Translations under genes and position numbers: made by a program | NCBI GenBank assembly: GCA_016184365.1 | Contig: JACPCW010000110.1 | Location: forward strand, 28,611 to 92,610 | Length of the DNA: 64,000 nucleotides | From: Candidatus Rokuibacteriota bacterium | GTDB lineage: Bacteria; Methylomirabilota; Methylomirabilia; Rokubacteriales; CSP1-6 | Reading direction: 5' to 3' | Notes under the pieces: model-generated | Database searches by the model: none | What the model was told of the DNA's origin: nothing | What the model saw: the letters and a program-made list of their open reading frames with translations, nothing else | Shown: positions 1-10,520 of the stretch, in pieces | Numbering within the stretch: position 1 is the stretch's first letter | How the letters are laid out: the number at the start of each line of letters is the position of its first letter

Positions 1-296
1 TCGACGGTCGCGTGCGCCTGACGCATTCGATGCACGACAACGTCCACGGCTTCGACGTCGTCTACGAGATCGACACCGCGACCGGGCGCTTCGTGCGTGC
101 GGAGCACACGACCTCGCGGCTGCCGTACGCCGGCGTGTGCACGGAGCCGCAGCGCCGGATGGCGGGCATGCTCGGCGAGACGCTCGACGCCGGGCTGGCG
201 AAGCGCGTTCAGTCGCATCTGGGCGGCCGCCTCGGGTGCGCGCAGCTCTACGACCTCACCGCCGACCTCCTGAAGCTCGTGGCCGCGCCGGTATAG
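1..296 (+). CDS. hypothetical protein, 3' partial (open to window start)
   Basis: Frame is open from nt 1 and stops with TAG at 294-296. Protein-like composition, distinct from shadow ORFs. Confidence 0.4.
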   Translation, partial: DGRVRLTHSMHDNVHGFDVVYEIDTATGRFVRAEHTTSRLPYAGVCTEPQRRMAGMLGETLDAGLAKRVQSHLGGRLGCAQLYDLTADLLKLVAAPV

Positions 297-308
297 ACTG
301 GACCTCTC

Positions 309-1331
309 ATGTCGTTCCTCCCCGTCGGAAAGCTGCGCGCCGAGGCGCTGCAGGCCTTCTTCGACGCGCATCCGGTTCGCGATCCGCGTGTCGTCGTCGG
401 TCCGCGCGTCGGCGAAGACGCGGCCGTCCTCGACATGGGCGACCGGTATCTCGTCGCGACGACGGATCCGATCACGTTCGCCACCGACGAGGTCGCGCGC
501 TACGCCCTCCACGTGAACGCCAACGACGTCGCGGTCCGCGGCGCGAAGCCGAAGTGGTTCCTCGCGACGCTGCTGCTGCCCGCGGCGGGAACGTCCGACG
601 CGACCGTGAAGACGCTGTTCGCCGATCTCGCCGAGGCGTGCGACGAGCTCGAGATCACGCTCGTCGGCGGCCATACCGAGATCACGCACGGCCTCGATCG
701 CACCATCGTCGTCGGCACCATGCTCGGCGAGGTGGCGAAGGACCGGCTCGTCACGACGGGCGGCGCGCAGGTGGGCGACGCCGTCGTGCTGACGAAGGGC
801 ATTCCGATCGAAGGCGCCGCGATCATCGCGCGTGAAAAGGAGCCGGAGCTGCTCGCCCTCGGCATTCGCAAGAGCGTGATCCAGCGCGCGAAGCGCTTCC
901 TGACCACGCCGGGCCTCAGCGTGCTGCCGGAGGTCGAGATCGCGTGCGAGCTGGCGCGCGTGCACTCGATGCACGATCCCACCGAAGGCGGCCTCGCCAC
1001 CGCGCTCCACGAAGTCGCGGACGCCGCGGGCGTCGGGCTCCGCATCGATCGCGATCGCATCACGGTGATCCCGGAGGGCGCCGAGCTCTGCCGCGCGGTC
1101 GGGCTCGATCCGCTCGGCACGATCGCGTCGGGCGCGCTGCTGATGACGCTCGCGCCCGCGGACGCCGCCATCGTCATCCACGCGCTCGGCCGCGAGCGCA
1201 TCGACTCGCACTACATCGGCAGCGTCGTGCCGCGCGCGGAGGGCGTCACGCTCGTCGACGGCGCCACGCGCGTGCCGATGCCCGTGTTCGCCCAGGATGA
1301 AATCACGAAGCTCTTCGCCGGAGGAGGCTAG
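309..1331 (+). CDS. AIR synthase-related (PurM superfamily) protein
   Basis: 340 aa with PurM-like N and C domains (..VGEDAAVLD.., ..TGGAQVGDAVVLTKGIPIEG..). The GGAGGAGG RBS for the next gene overlaps its 3' end. Confidence 0.7.
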   Translation: MSFLPVGKLRAEALQAFFDAHPVRDPRVVVGPRVGEDAAVLDMGDRYLVATTDPITFATDEVARYALHVNANDVAVRGAKPKWFLATLLLPAAGTSDATVKTLFADLAEACDELEITLVGGHTEITHGLDRTIVVGTMLGEVAKDRLVTTGGAQVGDAVVLTKGIPIEGAAIIAREKEPELLALGIRKSVIQRAKRFLTTPGLSVLPEVEIACELARVHSMHDPTEGGLATALHEVADAAGVGLRIDRDRITVIPEGAELCRAVGLDPLGTIASGALLMTLAPADAAIVIHALGRERIDSHYIGSVVPRAEGVTLVDGATRVPMPVFAQDEITKLFAGGG

Positions 1332-1332
1332 C

Positions 1333-2931
1333 GTGCCGCAGATCGGGTACTCGCATCGGCCGGTCGCGATGGGACGTCGCGGGATGGTCGCGTCGAATCA
1401 TCCGTACGCGACGCTCGCCGGCGTGGACGTGCTGCGAGCGGGCGGAACCGCCGCGGACGCGGCCGTCGCCGTGAACGCCGTGCTCGCCGTGACGCAGCCG
1501 TACTGCTGCGGCGTCGGCGGCGACCTGTTCTGCCTCTACTACGAGGCGGCGGCGCGCCGGGTGCACTTCCTGAACGGCGCGGGTCGATCCGGCTCGCGTG
1601 CGACGCTCGCCGAGCTCCAGCGTCGCGGCTGGAAGGAGATTCCGACGCAGGGCCCCGCGACGGTGAGCGCGCCGGGCTGTGTCCGCGGCTGGGCGATGCT
1701 GCTCGACCGCTTCGGCACCCGGCCGCTCGGCGAGCTCCTGCGGCCGGCGATCCGGTACGCCCGCGAGGGCTTTCCGACGACGTTGCTCGTGAGCCAGGCG
1801 GCGAACGAAGGCTCGGGTGTCTTTCACGACCCCGAATGGCGCCGCATCTTCCTCCCCGGCGGCGCCGCGCCGCGTCCCGGCACGCCGCTCGTCCAGGCCG
1901 ATCTCGCGCGCACGCTGACGGACCTCGCCGAGCAGGGCCCCGACCTCTTCTATCGCGGCCGTGTGGCCGCGGCGATCGCGCAGCGGCTCGAGGCCGAGGG
2001 ATTTCTCACCCCCGACGACCTCGCGGCCCACACCGGTGAATGGGACGAGCCGATCAGCACGACGTATCGCGGCGCGACGGTCTACGAGACGCCGCCGCCG
2101 ACGCAGGGGCTCGCCGCGCTCATCGCGCTCAACCTGCTCGAAGGCTTTCCGCTCTCGCGCCTCGCGGTTCATTCGGCCGACCATCTCCATCTCCTGATCG
2201 AGGCGGTGAAGCTCGCCTATGCCGACCGCGAGCGATGGATCGGCGATCCCGCGCACGCGCGCGTGCCGGTGGGTGAGCTCCTCGACAAGGCCTACGCCGA
2301 CCGGCGGCGCCGCGGGATCGATCCGAAGAAGGCGCAGGCGCACACCTTCGGCGACCCGGACGGCGACACCACGGGGTTCGTCGTCGCCGACGCCGCCGGC
2401 AACGTGGTGAGCGTCATCCAGAGCCTCTTCAACTCGTTCGGCTCCGCCGTCGTCCCGCCGGGCACGGGCGTCGTGCTGCAGAACCGCGGCCGCCACTTCA
2501 CGACGGACCCGGCGCATCCCGCGTGCCTGGCGCCGCGCAAGCGGCCGTTCCACACGCTGATGGCGTCGATCGTGACGAAGGACGATCGCCCGCTGATGGG
2601 CTTCGCCACGATGGGCGGGAACGGCCAGGCGATGTTCCACGTCCAGGCGCTGACGAACGTGCTCGATTACGGCATGGACCCCCAGGAGGCGATCGAGCGT
2701 CCGCGCTTCCTGATCGGCGCGTTCCTGCCCGACGAGCCGAGCGACATGATCCGCCTGGAGCGGCGCGTCCCGGCGCGGGTCTTCTCGGCGTTGAGCCGCC
2801 GCGGCCACCGGGTGACCCCGGTGGCCGAGTTCTTCCACCGGGTCGGACACGCGCACGCGATCACCGTCGGCGACGGCACCTATTTCGGCGGCGCCGATCC
2901 GCGCGGCGACGGCGCCGCGCTCGGGTTTTGA
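1333..2931 (+). CDS. ggt: gamma-glutamyltranspeptidase
   Basis: Ntn-hydrolase GGT signature (..DAAVAVNAVLAVTQPYCCGVGGDLF.., ..GFVVADAAGNVVSV..). GTG start at 1333 follows the GGAGGAGG RBS. Confidence 0.85.
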   Translation: MPQIGYSHRPVAMGRRGMVASNHPYATLAGVDVLRAGGTAADAAVAVNAVLAVTQPYCCGVGGDLFCLYYEAAARRVHFLNGAGRSGSRATLAELQRRGWKEIPTQGPATVSAPGCVRGWAMLLDRFGTRPLGELLRPAIRYAREGFPTTLLVSQAANEGSGVFHDPEWRRIFLPGGAAPRPGTPLVQADLARTLTDLAEQGPDLFYRGRVAAAIAQRLEAEGFLTPDDLAAHTGEWDEPISTTYRGATVYETPPPTQGLAALIALNLLEGFPLSRLAVHSADHLHLLIEAVKLAYADRERWIGDPAHARVPVGELLDKAYADRRRRGIDPKKAQAHTFGDPDGDTTGFVVADAAGNVVSVIQSLFNSFGSAVVPPGTGVVLQNRGRHFTTDPAHPACLAPRKRPFHTLMASIVTKDDRPLMGFATMGGNGQAMFHVQALTNVLDYGMDPQEAIERPRFLIGAFLPDEPSDMIRLERRVPARVFSALSRRGHRVTPVAEFFHRVGHAHAITVGDGTYFGGADPRGDGAALGF

Positions 2932-3422
2932 TGCGGACGCCGCCCGTGCGGTCGTTCGCCGCCCGCGGCCTCGCGATCGCCATGGTCTTGCTCGCCATCG
3001 CGCCCGCGCTGGCCGCCGAGTGGGGCTCGATCGCGCCCGGCAAGAGCACGATCGAGTCCGTGCGCGCGACGTATGGCCAGCCGACGCGCCAGAACACGCA
3101 GAAGGTCGACGGGTACGACACGACGGAATGGCTGTATGAAGGCGATCGCGCGCCGCGCGGCCTGCAGCGGCTGGCCGTCGACTTCGGCCTGCTGACGCCC
3201 GCGGGCTATCGGCCCGATCTCGTGCGCACGATGCGGCTCGATCCGGTGCCCGGCGTGTTCACGCGCGAGACCGTGCTGCTCGGATGGGGCAAGCCGCACC
3301 GGGTCGGCAAGGAAGGGGACGCGCCGCTCTTCTTCTACCAGGACGGGCTGGTCGTCTTCTTCGACAAGGACGGGTGGCTCGCGTCCCGCCTGCTGTTCAC
3401 GCCGCCGCAGCCGAACCCGTAA
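2931..3422 (+). CDS. secreted hypothetical protein (signal peptide)
   Basis: ATG overlaps the ggt stop (TGATG). N-terminal signal peptide MRTPPVRSFAARGLAIAMVLLAIAPALAA. Confidence 0.6.
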   Translation: MRTPPVRSFAARGLAIAMVLLAIAPALAAEWGSIAPGKSTIESVRATYGQPTRQNTQKVDGYDTTEWLYEGDRAPRGLQRLAVDFGLLTPAGYRPDLVRTMRLDPVPGVFTRETVLLGWGKPHRVGKEGDAPLFFYQDGLVVFFDKDGWLASRLLFTPPQPNP

Positions 3423-3425
3423 CCG

Positions 3426-4121
3426 CTACCGCGCCCCCGCCTGCCGCAGGAGCTCCACCATCGCGGCGTAGCCGCGCCCGCGCGCGAGCGCCAGCGGCGT
3501 GCGCCCGTCGCGATCCGCGAGGCTCACGTTCGCGCCGGCCTCGACGAGCGCCCGCAGCGTCTCGGTGTGGCGCCGGCCGCCGTCGCCGAGCACGATCGAC
3601 TCGATCAGCGCCGTCCATCCGAGGTTGTTGACGTGATCGAGCGGTGCGCCCGCGCGGATGAGCGTCCGCACGACCGCCACGTGGCCGAGATGCGCGGCCG
3701 CGATCAGCGCGGTGCCGTCGTACCGGCTCGTGACGTTCCGGGGACTCGCGCCGAGCGCCAGCGCCGCCGTCAGCGTCGGCACGTCGTTCGCGACGGCCGC
3801 GATGGTGACGGCGTCGTAGCGATCGCCGTCGAGCGCGTTGGGATCGGCGCCCGCGGCCACGAGCGCGCGCATCGCGTCGTGGTGGCCGCCATGCGCGGCG
3901 ACGTGCAGCGGCGTACGGCCGCGCGCGTCGCGGACGTCGGCGTGCGTGCCTCGGCCGGCGAGCCGCGCGATCTCGGCCGCATCGCCGCGCGCGGCCGCCG
4001 CGAGCAGGCCGGTATAGCTCGCCCTCTCGCCGTCGGACGGCGCGACCTGCGCCGCGGCGCTGAGCGGTGCGGCCGCGACGAGCACCACGGCGGCGATCCG
4101 TGGGAGCGGGGGTCGGATCAC
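3426..4121 (-). CDS. periplasmic ankyrin-repeat protein
   Basis: GTG start overlaps the mak stop (GTGA). Signal peptide ([25 protein letters not shown]) is followed by ~5 ankyrin repeats (..GRTPLHVAAHGGHHDAMRALVAAGADPN..). Confidence 0.7.
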   Translation of the reverse strand: MIRPPLPRIAAVVLVAAAPLSAAAQVAPSDGERASYTGLLAAAARGDAAEIARLAGRGTHADVRDARGRTPLHVAAHGGHHDAMRALVAAGADPNALDGDRYDAVTIAAVANDVPTLTAALALGASPRNVTSRYDGTALIAAAHLGHVAVVRTLIRAGAPLDHVNNLGWTALIESIVLGDGGRRHTETLRALVEAGANVSLADRDGRTPLALARGRGYAAMVELLRQAGAR

Positions 4122-5470
4122 GCGGCGAGCGCCGCGACCGCGAGGCGCAGGCCCTCGACCGGAATGCCGAGCCATTCCGGCCGGTGGCTCGCCTCGTAGA
4201 CCACCTCGTATGCGGCCTTCTCGATGACGAACACGGCGACGGCGCGCGCGAAGCCGGTCTCGCTGCGCGGCACGAACGCCGCGTCGTGCGCGACGCGCCG
4301 GTAGCCGCGCACGAACGCCACGGAAGCGACGTCGCGCCATGCCGTGGCGCGCGCGTCGCCGGGATCCGGCGCGGCCGTGACGCCGGCATAGTCAATCGAC
4401 CGCAGCATCCCGGCGACGTCGCGCAGCGGGCTCGTCTTTTGGCGCCGCTCCTCGAGCGGCCGGAGTGGCTCGCCCTCGAAATCGAGGAGCACCCAGTCGT
4501 CGTCGGCGGCGCGATAGAGCGTCTGCCCGAGATGGAAGTCGCCGTGATGGCGCGTCTTCGCGCGGCCGAGCAGCGCGCCGAGCGCCTCGCGCACGTCGGG
4601 CGCATCGGGAATCCCGCGCGTCGGCGCGGCCGCGGCGGCGGTCGCGATCTGCCGCTGCACGTCGTTGGCCCACCGGGCGATGTCGGCCGGCGCGATCGGC
4701 TCGGGCGCGAACGCCGCGTCGCCGGTGACCGAGGCGAGCGCGACGTGCAGCGCCGCCGTGCGTTCGCCCAGCCGCTCGAGCGCGCCGAGCGGCACGGCGG
4801 CGACCGCGGCGAGGCCGTCGCGGTCGTCGGGGCGGGCCGGCACGCGCCCGAAGACCTCGCGGAGCCGGTCGACGACCCAGGCCCACCCGTCGTCGGCGCC
4901 GGTGACGAGCTCGTGCGCGACGACCAGCGTCGACGTGGCGCCGTCCGCGTCCCGGTATTCGACGTGGCCGTAGAGCCGCGGCGCATGCGTGAACGTCGTG
5001 CGCTCCGTGAGGAAGCCGGTGATTTCCTGCTCGGGATTCGGCCCTGCCGCGAGGCGGCGAAAGTGCTTGAGGATCGCCACGTCGCCGAGCACGACCGACG
5101 TGTTGCTCTGCTCCCCGGACAGACGCCGCGCCCGGAGCGCGGTGCCGTGGGGCACGCGAACCGCGCGCGTTGCGTGGCCGACGATCGCCCCCTGCTCGCC
5201 GCCGATCCGCCCGCTGTCGCGGATCAGCGCCAGCAGCGCCGACGGATACTCGCCGCCCTCGAGCGCGTCGGTGATGTCGCCGCCCGGCGCGAGCGGGATG
5301 GCGTACCGGTCTTCCGAGGCGTCGTCGAGCCGGAGGCGCACGATCGCGAGCATGACGTCGCCGACGCTGATGCGGTCCTCGACCTGCACGCGCGCGATGC
5401 GATGCGCTTTTCCGGCAAACCAGCGCTGCGCGCTGATCCACGCGGCGAGCCGCTCGGAGTCGGGAATCAC
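4118..5470 (-). CDS. mak: maltokinase (maltose 1-kinase)
   Basis: 451 aa. Pep2/Mak-like N-terminus (..[14 protein letters not shown]..) and kinase motifs ([16 protein letters not shown]). GTG start overlaps the treS stop (GTGA). Confidence 0.85.
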   Translation of the reverse strand: MIPDSERLAAWISAQRWFAGKAHRIARVQVEDRISVGDVMLAIVRLRLDDASEDRYAIPLAPGGDITDALEGGEYPSALLALIRDSGRIGGEQGAIVGHATRAVRVPHGTALRARRLSGEQSNTSVVLGDVAILKHFRRLAAGPNPEQEITGFLTERTTFTHAPRLYGHVEYRDADGATSTLVVAHELVTGADDGWAWVVDRLREVFGRVPARPDDRDGLAAVAAVPLGALERLGERTAALHVALASVTGDAAFAPEPIAPADIARWANDVQRQIATAAAAAPTRGIPDAPDVREALGALLGRAKTRHHGDFHLGQTLYRAADDDWVLLDFEGEPLRPLEERRQKTSPLRDVAGMLRSIDYAGVTAAPDPGDARATAWRDVASVAFVRGYRRVAHDAAFVPRSETGFARAVAVFVIEKAAYEVVYEASHRPEWLGIPVEGLRLAVAALAA

Positions 5471-7140
5471 ACGGCCGTCTCCTCGATGCCATAGCGCACC
5501 GGACCACGATCGCGCCGCTCCAGGCGGAACCAGTAGTAGCCGTGCGGGCCGAGCGACAGGAAGTACGGCGTGTCGCCGACGGGCGGAAACCGCGTCTCGC
5601 CGAGCAGCTCGACCGGCGTGGCGCCCTGGTGGGCGCGCAGGTCGAGCTCGACGGGCTGCGACCGCTCCGAGAGATTGGCGACGACCAGGATGGCGTCGTC
5701 CTCGAAGCGGCGGATGAACGCGAGGACCGTGCCGTTCCGCGGGCGCAGGAACTCGATCGTGCCGCGCCCGAACGCGCCGCTCTGCTTCCGCACCGCGATC
5801 ATGCGCTTCATCGTGTTGAGCAGCGACGACGGCTGCCGCGACTGCGTCGCGACGTTGACCGCCTGGTGGCCGTAGACCGGGTCGTTGACCACCGGCAGGT
5901 AGAGGCGCGCCGAATCGGTCGTCGAGAAGTCGGCGTTGCGGTTCGACGACCACTGCATCGGGGTGCGCACGCCGTTGCGATCGCCGAGGTAGACGTTGTC
6001 GCCCATGCCGATCTCGTCGCCATAGTAGATGATCGGGCTGCCCGGCAGGGTGAGGAGCAGCGCGTTCAGCAGCTCGACGCGCCGGCGGTCGTTGTCCATC
6101 AGCGGCGCGAGCCGGCGCCGGATCCCGAGGTTGAGCTTCATCTGCGGATCCGACGCGTACGCGTAGTACATGTAGTCGCGCTCTTCGTTGGTGACCATCT
6201 CGAGCGTCAGCTCGTCGTGGTTCCTGAGGAAGAGGCACCACTGGCAGGCGGGCGGGATCGCCGGCGTGTGCGTGAAGATGTCCGTGATCGGCAGGCGGTC
6301 CTCGCGGCGGACGGCCATGTAGAGCCGCGGCATGAGCGGGAAGTGGAACGCCATGTGGAATTCGTCGCCGTCGCCGAAGTAGGGACGCACGTCTTCCGGC
6401 CACTGGTTGGCTTCCGCGAGCAGGATGCGGTCGCCGCCGTACTCGTCGTCGATGACGCGCCGGAACACTTTCAGGATGTCGTGCGACTCCGGCAGGTTCT
6501 CGCAATTCGTCCCTTCGCGCTCGATCAGATACGGCACGGCGTCGCACCGGAAGCCGTCGAGGCCGCGGTCGAGCCAGAAGCGCATCACGTCGAGCACCGC
6601 GGTGCGGACGGCCGGGTTGTCCCAGTTCAGGTCAGGCTGATGGCTGAAGAACCGGTGCCAGTAGTACTGCTTGCGCACCGGGTCCCAGGACCAGTTCGAC
6701 TTCTCGGTGTCGATGAAGATGACGCGCGCGTCGCGATACCGCTGGTCGGTGTCGCTCCAGACGTACCAGTCGCCGTACGGCCCGGTCGGGTCGGTGCGCG
6801 ACGCCTGGAACCACGGATGCTGGTCGGACGTGTGGTTCATCACGAGGTCCGCGATGACCCGCATGCCGCGCGCGTGCGCGCCGTCGAGGAATTTCTGGAA
6901 GTCCTCGACGGTGCCGTAATCCGGATGGATGCCCCGGAAATCGGCGATGTCGTACCCGTCGTCGCGGAGCGGCGAGGGGTACATCGGCAGGATCCACAGG
7001 CAGTCGACGCCGAGCTCCTTGACGTAGTCGAGCGAGGCCGTCAGCCCGGCGAAGTCACCGACACCGTTGCCGTCGGCGTCGAAGAACGCCTTGACGTGGA
7101 CCTCGTAGAAGATCGCGTCCTTGTACCAGTCCTGTGACAT
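5467..7140 (-). CDS. treS: trehalose synthase (maltose alpha-D-glucosyltransferase), GH13
   Basis: 557 aa starting [21 protein letters not shown]13 catalytic motifs present (..[10 protein letters not shown].., ..[11 protein letters not shown]..). Confidence 0.9.
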   Translation of the reverse strand: MSQDWYKDAIFYEVHVKAFFDADGNGVGDFAGLTASLDYVKELGVDCLWILPMYPSPLRDDGYDIADFRGIHPDYGTVEDFQKFLDGAHARGMRVIADLVMNHTSDQHPWFQASRTDPTGPYGDWYVWSDTDQRYRDARVIFIDTEKSNWSWDPVRKQYYWHRFFSHQPDLNWDNPAVRTAVLDVMRFWLDRGLDGFRCDAVPYLIEREGTNCENLPESHDILKVFRRVIDDEYGGDRILLAEANQWPEDVRPYFGDGDEFHMAFHFPLMPRLYMAVRREDRLPITDIFTHTPAIPPACQWCLFLRNHDELTLEMVTNEERDYMYYAYASDPQMKLNLGIRRRLAPLMDNDRRRVELLNALLLTLPGSPIIYYGDEIGMGDNVYLGDRNGVRTPMQWSSNRNADFSTTDSARLYLPVVNDPVYGHQAVNVATQSRQPSSLLNTMKRMIAVRKQSGAFGRGTIEFLRPRNGTVLAFIRRFEDDAILVVANLSERSQPVELDLRAHQGATPVELLGETRFPPVGDTPYFLSLGPHGYYWFRLERRDRGPVRYGIEETAV

Positions 7141-7204
7141 TTCAGATGGGGGGCCCCGACATGGCCCCCCATACCCCCCCGCGCTCGGCGCGCCCCAGGG
7201 AACC
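7141..7204. repeat. 64-bp GC-rich hairpin repeat, copy 1 (glgE-treS spacer)
   Basis: Stem TGGGGGGCC/GGCCCCCCA with 7-nt loop, plus a second inverted repeat GGGAACC..GGTTCCC. About 85% identical to 22629-22692. Confidence 0.7.
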
Positions 7205-7275
7205 TGTGGCACGCCTCGGGTTCCCGCCCGGACCTGTTGCCGAGACTCGCCGCCCGGCGCTTCCCGGTTTCCCTG

Positions 7276-9172
7276 TCATCGACGCCTCAGATGGAAGATC
7301 TGCGCCGGGTCCACGGCCGGGTCGAGCTTCACGTAGCCGCGCCGTCCGCGCCACTCCCACATCTGGTCGGACAGCAGCTCGTGCATCACGTACGTCTCGT
7401 CGTCCCGCAGCCCGAACCGCTCGATCGGCACGTCGACGACCGACTCGCGCGTGCGGGTCACGTCGAAGCTCGCCGCCACGAACACGGCGTCGTCGCGCTC
7501 CGGCGTGATCTTGCCGTACCACAGGACGGCATGCCGGATGCGCGCGCCGGATGGCGTTCACCCGCGTGATGAAGTCGACGAGGTTGCCGGGCGCCTGCCA
7601 GTCGCGCGCCTTGATCTCGTACTTCTCCGAGTCGAGATACTCCTCCGAGCCCGGCTCGCGCGGTACGTTCTCGCAGAGCTCGTAGCCGGAGTAGATGCCG
7701 TACAGCGACGAGAGCGTCGCCGCGAGCACGAGACGCATCTTGAACGCGGGCCGGCCGCCGAGCTGCAGCGTCTCGTGCAGGATGTCGGGCGTGTTCGGCC
7801 AGAGGTTGCCGCGGAAGTAGTCGCTGACCGGCGGCGTGGTGATCTCCGTCAGGTATTCCGCGAGCTCGCGCTTCTCGTTGCGCCACGTGAAGTACGTGTA
7901 GGACTGCGAGAAGCCCGATTTCGCCAGCACCTTCATCATCTTCGGCCGCGTGAACGCCTCCGCGAGGAACACGACCTCGGGATGCTCGTTCTGGATCTCG
8001 CGAATCAGCCACTCCCAGAACCGCACCGGCTTCGTGTGCGGGTTGTCGACGCGGAACGCGCGCACGCCGTGCGCGATCCAGAAGTCGACGATCCTCCGCA
8101 TCTCCTTCCACAGCGGCTCGGGATCGTCGCCGTAGAAGTTGACCGGGTAGATGTCCTGGTACTTCTTCGGCGGGTTCTCCGCGTACTTGATCGTGCCGTC
8201 GGGGCGGTGGAAGAACCATTCGGGGTGCTCGCGCACGTAGGGATGATCCGGCGAGCACTGGATCGCGAAGTCGAGCGCGACCTCGAGCCCGAGCGCGCGC
8301 GCCGTCTCGACGAAGCGATCGAAGTCGTCGATCGTGCCGAGATCGGGATGCACGGCGGCGTGGCCGCCTTCCGGGCCGCCGATCGCCCAGGGGCTTCCGG
8401 GCTCGCCGGGTTGCGCGACGAGCGCGTTGTTCCGGCCCTTGCGGTGCGCGCGGCCGATCGGATGGATCGGCGGCAGGTACACCACGTCGAAGCCCATCGC
8501 CGCGGCCCGGCGCAGCTGGAACTCGGCGTCGCGGAACGTCGCGTGCTTGCCCGGCGTCTGTCCCGAGCGCGGGAAGAACTCGTACCACGCGGCGAACCGC
8601 GCCCGCTCCCGATCGACGACCACGTCGAACTCGCGCGCCCACGTCGCGTCCGTGCGGTCGAGCGTGCCGTCCATCAGCGCGGCCAGCGCCGGCTCGCGCG
8701 CCGCCGCGACGGCCGCGGCCTGCTCGGCGCCGGCGAACCGCGCCGCATAGCCTTCGAGACCCTGGCGCACGCCGCCGCTCGCGCGGCCGGCGGCCGCGCG
8801 CAGGTGCTGGGCCCCTTCGAGCAGCTCGCTGCGGACGTCCTGCCCGGCGGCCACGCGCTTGTCGAAGTCCGCGAGCCACGAGCGGAAGACGTCCGTGACC
8901 GCTTCGATGGTGAACACGTAGCGCGAGTTCTCCGCGACTCGGAAGGCGCCGGCCCAGCGGTCGTTGTCGACGAACCGCATCGGCGTCTCCTGCCACGTGT
9001 CGGCGTTCCAGCGCCGGAACTTCAGGAACGCGAGGAGGTGGTCGTGGCCTTCTTTGAAGATGTCGGCCTGCACCTCGAAGAGGTCGCCGACCTCGCGCTT
9101 CACGGGGTACCGGCCGGCATCGACGGTCGATGAGACGGCTTCGATCACGATGCTCTTCTTCGGATCCTTCAT
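7276..9172 (-). CDS. glgE: alpha-1,4-glucan:maltose-1-phosphate maltosyltransferase, with apparent frameshift/indel near 3' end
   Basis: ATG at 9172 (MKDPKKSIVIEAV..) runs to ..RVNAIRRAHPA at ~7540, after which that frame becomes Arg-rich nonsense. The conserved GlgE C-terminus (..YGKITPERDDAVFVAASFDV..YVKLDPA..) continues in the +1 frame and ends at 7276. The ATG overlaps the stop of the upstream GT gene (ATGA). Confidence 0.8.
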
Positions 9173-10419
9173 CTCCACCTTTCCGCGAGGTACGGCTTCT
9201 GGCGTTCGAAGGCGACCGCGACCTCGTCCAGCAGCGCTTCCGTCGCGTCGGCGCTCCGCGGCTCGGCCTCGAGGACGAACGCGGCGGTGCGGCCGAGGTA
9301 GAGCGGCACGAGCGACCGCAGCAGGTGGTCGCGATGCACCACGTCGTAGTGAAAGCCGAGCGCGAAGTCGTAGACGACCCGCGCCCACAGGTCGTTCGGA
9401 AACCGGAATCGCGTGCCGTCGCCGGCATCGAGCCCCAGGACGTCGCCGAGCGTGTCGGGCGCGAGCACGTGCTCCCAGATCGGCAACAGGTCGCGCACGC
9501 CGAGGCGAAAGCCGTCGAGCATGCGCGCCACGTCGACGCGCGCGGGATCGACGCCGAGCTTCGCCGCGGTGCCGACGTCCGGCACGGGCTCGCTGCCCCG
9601 GACCGCGAGCCACAGGTCCTCGTGCGTGTGCATCACGCCGAAGATCGCGCCGAGCGTCTGCGCCACCATCGTCGGCAGATCGTTCGAGCGCGCCGTCGAG
9701 CGGACGACGCGCGGACCGAGCCAGGCTTCCCAGACCGCGAAGCCGTCGGCCACCGCCGTGCCGAACATCCACAGGTCGGTGACGTCGCGACGGAACCCGC
9801 CCCAGCGCGGCTGCACGAGGATGTGCTCGACGAGCCGTGCGGAATACGCCTGGTGGCCGGCGAACGGCTGGTGCAGGCGACGGCCGTACAGCATCCGGAT
9901 CAGCGGCGCCACGATCAGGTTGGTGATCGTGCCTTCGTACCGGTGCCGCGCGTACGCCCCGTTCACGAGGTCGGCCTTGCCCGCGAGCACGGGCTGCGCA
10001 AGGCGCGCGATCCATTCGTCCCGGATCGACACGACGTCCGCTTCCACGATCACCAGCGCGCGGGCGCCGAGGCGGTGCGCGGCCGTGAAGACGGCCGCGA
10101 GCGCGTCGCCGCGGCCCGGCACGCCGTGGAACGGCACGGTCAGCCGCTCGGCGAGCGGCGTCGGGTGCTCGATGCGCACGACGGGCAGCGCGGTCGACGT
10201 CACGGCATGCGCGGTGCCGTCGGACGACCCGGCGTCGGCGTTGAGAATCACCGCCGTCGCGCCGTCGAGGTGGCGCTCCACGCCGGCCGCGACGGCTTCG
10301 GCGACGACTTTGGCCGTCGCGGCGTTGTTGTACGTGAGGAGAGCGATCGCGACGCTGCGCGGTCCGAGCGTCGCGAGCTCGGCGTCGACGCGCTCGCCGA
10401 GCGCGACGGCGTGCGGCAT
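9169..10419 (-). CDS. GT-A fold (GT2-like) glycosyltransferase, function unknown
   Basis: GT2-like N-terminus (..IALLTYNNAATAKVVAEAV..ILNADAGSSDGT..). Start uncertain: ATG at 10419 or upstream at 10560. Coupled to glgE. Confidence 0.6.
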   Translation of the reverse strand: MPHAVALGERVDAELATLGPRSVAIALLTYNNAATAKVVAEAVAAGVERHLDGATAVILNADAGSSDGTAHAVTSTALPVVRIEHPTPLAERLTVPFHGVPGRGDALAAVFTAAHRLGARALVIVEADVVSIRDEWIARLAQPVLAGKADLVNGAYARHRYEGTITNLIVAPLIRMLYGRRLHQPFAGHQAYSARLVEHILVQPRWGGFRRDVTDLWMFGTAVADGFAVWEAWLGPRVVRSTARSNDLPTMVAQTLGAIFGVMHTHEDLWLAVRGSEPVPDVGTAAKLGVDPARVDVARMLDGFRLGVRDLLPIWEHVLAPDTLGDVLGLDAGDGTRFRFPNDLWARVVYDFALGFHYDVVHRDHLLRSLVPLYLGRTAAFVLEAEPRSADATEALLDEVAVAFERQKPYLAERWR

Positions 10420-10470
10420 GTCGAGCCGGACCACGGCTTCGCCGGGGGCCGGCGAGCGTGTGGGGGTCTG

Positions 10471-10520
10471 GGGGCCGTCGTGGCCCCCAGTGCGATCGAT
10501 TCGCCGGTCCCCGGGGGACC
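10471..10520. repeat. two GC-rich hairpins in treT-GT spacer
   Basis: TGGGGGCC-GTCGT-GGCCCCCA and GGTCCCC-G-GGGGACC perfect inverted repeats. Confidence 0.45.

Noticed and set aside
137-835. Numerous long Arg-rich ORFs in alternative frames (e.g. 137-835, 1303-2856, 4392-5507, 7458-9428, 13291-15492, 20779-22632, 36525-37835, 46619-48142)
   Set aside because: Shadow ORFs caused by ~70% GC. None shows domain-like sequence, and all overlap well-supported genes.
3397-4986. 529-aa minus-strand ORF overlapping the ankyrin and mak genes
   Set aside because: Arg/Pro/Ala-rich low-complexity translation typical of an off-frame read of high-GC DNA. The real genes occupy other frames.
9173-10015. Long N-terminal extensions of glgE (to 10015), treY (to 16574), mak (to 6547) and the XDH gene (from 41992)
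   Set aside because: Extensions are low-complexity and overlap the upstream gene. Conserved family N-termini and start/stop overlaps fix the shorter starts.
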